A DNA stretch of 37,362 nt from Octopus sinensis (Eukaryota), in NCBI RefSeq assembly GCF_006345805.1, contig NW_021828056.1:1-37362 (forward strand), in the 5' to 3' direction. Shown in pieces: positions 36,481 through 37,362 of the stretch (within the stretch, counting starts at the first letter, position 1; every line of letters starts with the position of its first letter). The notes under the pieces are model-generated. The model made no database searches. It had not been told where the DNA came from and saw nothing but the letters and a program-made list of their open reading frames with translations. A program made the translations under genes and the position numbers.

Positions 36481-36814
36481 TTTACTTGTGTCTGTGAACG
36501 CATATGTATATGCATATATATTTATACATGGTTATATATGTGCATATGTTTGGATGTATTTATGTATATACATATAGATGTATGCATCTATGTTGTGTGT
36601 GTGTGCATGTATGTATGTATGTATGTATGAACGTGTACTATGTGTATGTATGTACGCATGCATGTATGTATGTATGTATGTATGTATGTCTGTAAATGTA
36701 TGTGTGTCTGTATGTATGTATGACAATAATTTTAGGGTGGAGAGAGGGTGATGTAAGAAAAGAGAGCATCCTTGTATAAAGTATCTGCCAAAGATCGAAT
36801 CTCAGCCACGCTAC

Positions 36815-37270
36815 ACCATCACCACCACCACCACTAGCAACAACAACAATACTAGCTCTAACTCCACCAATATCACCATCGCCACTAACACCAACATCAA
36901 CAACAACAACATACCACTACAAACACTACGAACTCCAACTCTGTCACGTTTAAACCACCAGCACCACCACCACTACTACCAGTACCACTACAACCACCAC
37001 CACCACCACCACCACCAGCACTGTCACTACCACTATTGAGAACTAATAGTTTTAATGTGTTGTGCTGCATACATCGAAGTGGTGGTGGTGGTGGTGGTGC
37101 TGGTGGTGGTGGTGGTGGTGGTGGTGGTGGTGGTGGTTGGAATGTAGGATGTGGAGGTCGTGGGAGCAATGGTAGGGTTGGTGATGAGGGATATCGGTAA
37201 TCGTTTGTTGTCGATGATGTTGGTGATGGTGGAGGTAATGGCGAGGTGGTGGTGGTGGTGGTGGTGGTTT
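36815..37270. repeat. Convergent (CCA)-rich then (TGG)-rich low-complexity tracts
   Basis: C-rich 36815-37035 followed by G-rich 37080-37270. Confidence 0.85.
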
Positions 37271-37362
37271 TTGTTATGTAGATGGTGGGGGGAGTGTCGC
37301 TATTGTAGCAATCTAAGTGTTTTGTATAAGTTGTTGTTATTGCTAAAGTTATTGTTTTTAAC

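Overview
Eukaryotic, AT-rich, microsatellite-saturated non-coding DNA. The SINE families match, from memory rather than a search, repeats abundant in Octopus genomes, so a coleoid cephalopod source is inferred. Almost all ORFs in the supplied track are simple-repeat artefacts. Supportable content: many tRNA-derived SINE copies from four families; decayed Penelope-like elements (RT and GIY-YIG motifs); two R4/Dong-like non-LTR remnants; a mariner transposase 5' end; a duplicated pogo/Tigger-like HTH remnant; three TA-flanked MITEs; and several long inverted repeats. One unidentified minus-strand coding-exon candidate (27761-28139) has a phase-compatible upstream exon. The most interesting signal is a set of type I hammerhead ribozyme motifs: two complete-looking (11272-11357 minus, 9720-9791 plus), one minimal (26331-26369 plus) and several decayed. 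They sit in short non-coding elements with inverted terminal duplications, which suggests non-autonomous Penelope-type or retrozyme-like elements. All structures were read by eye; no folding or database search was run.
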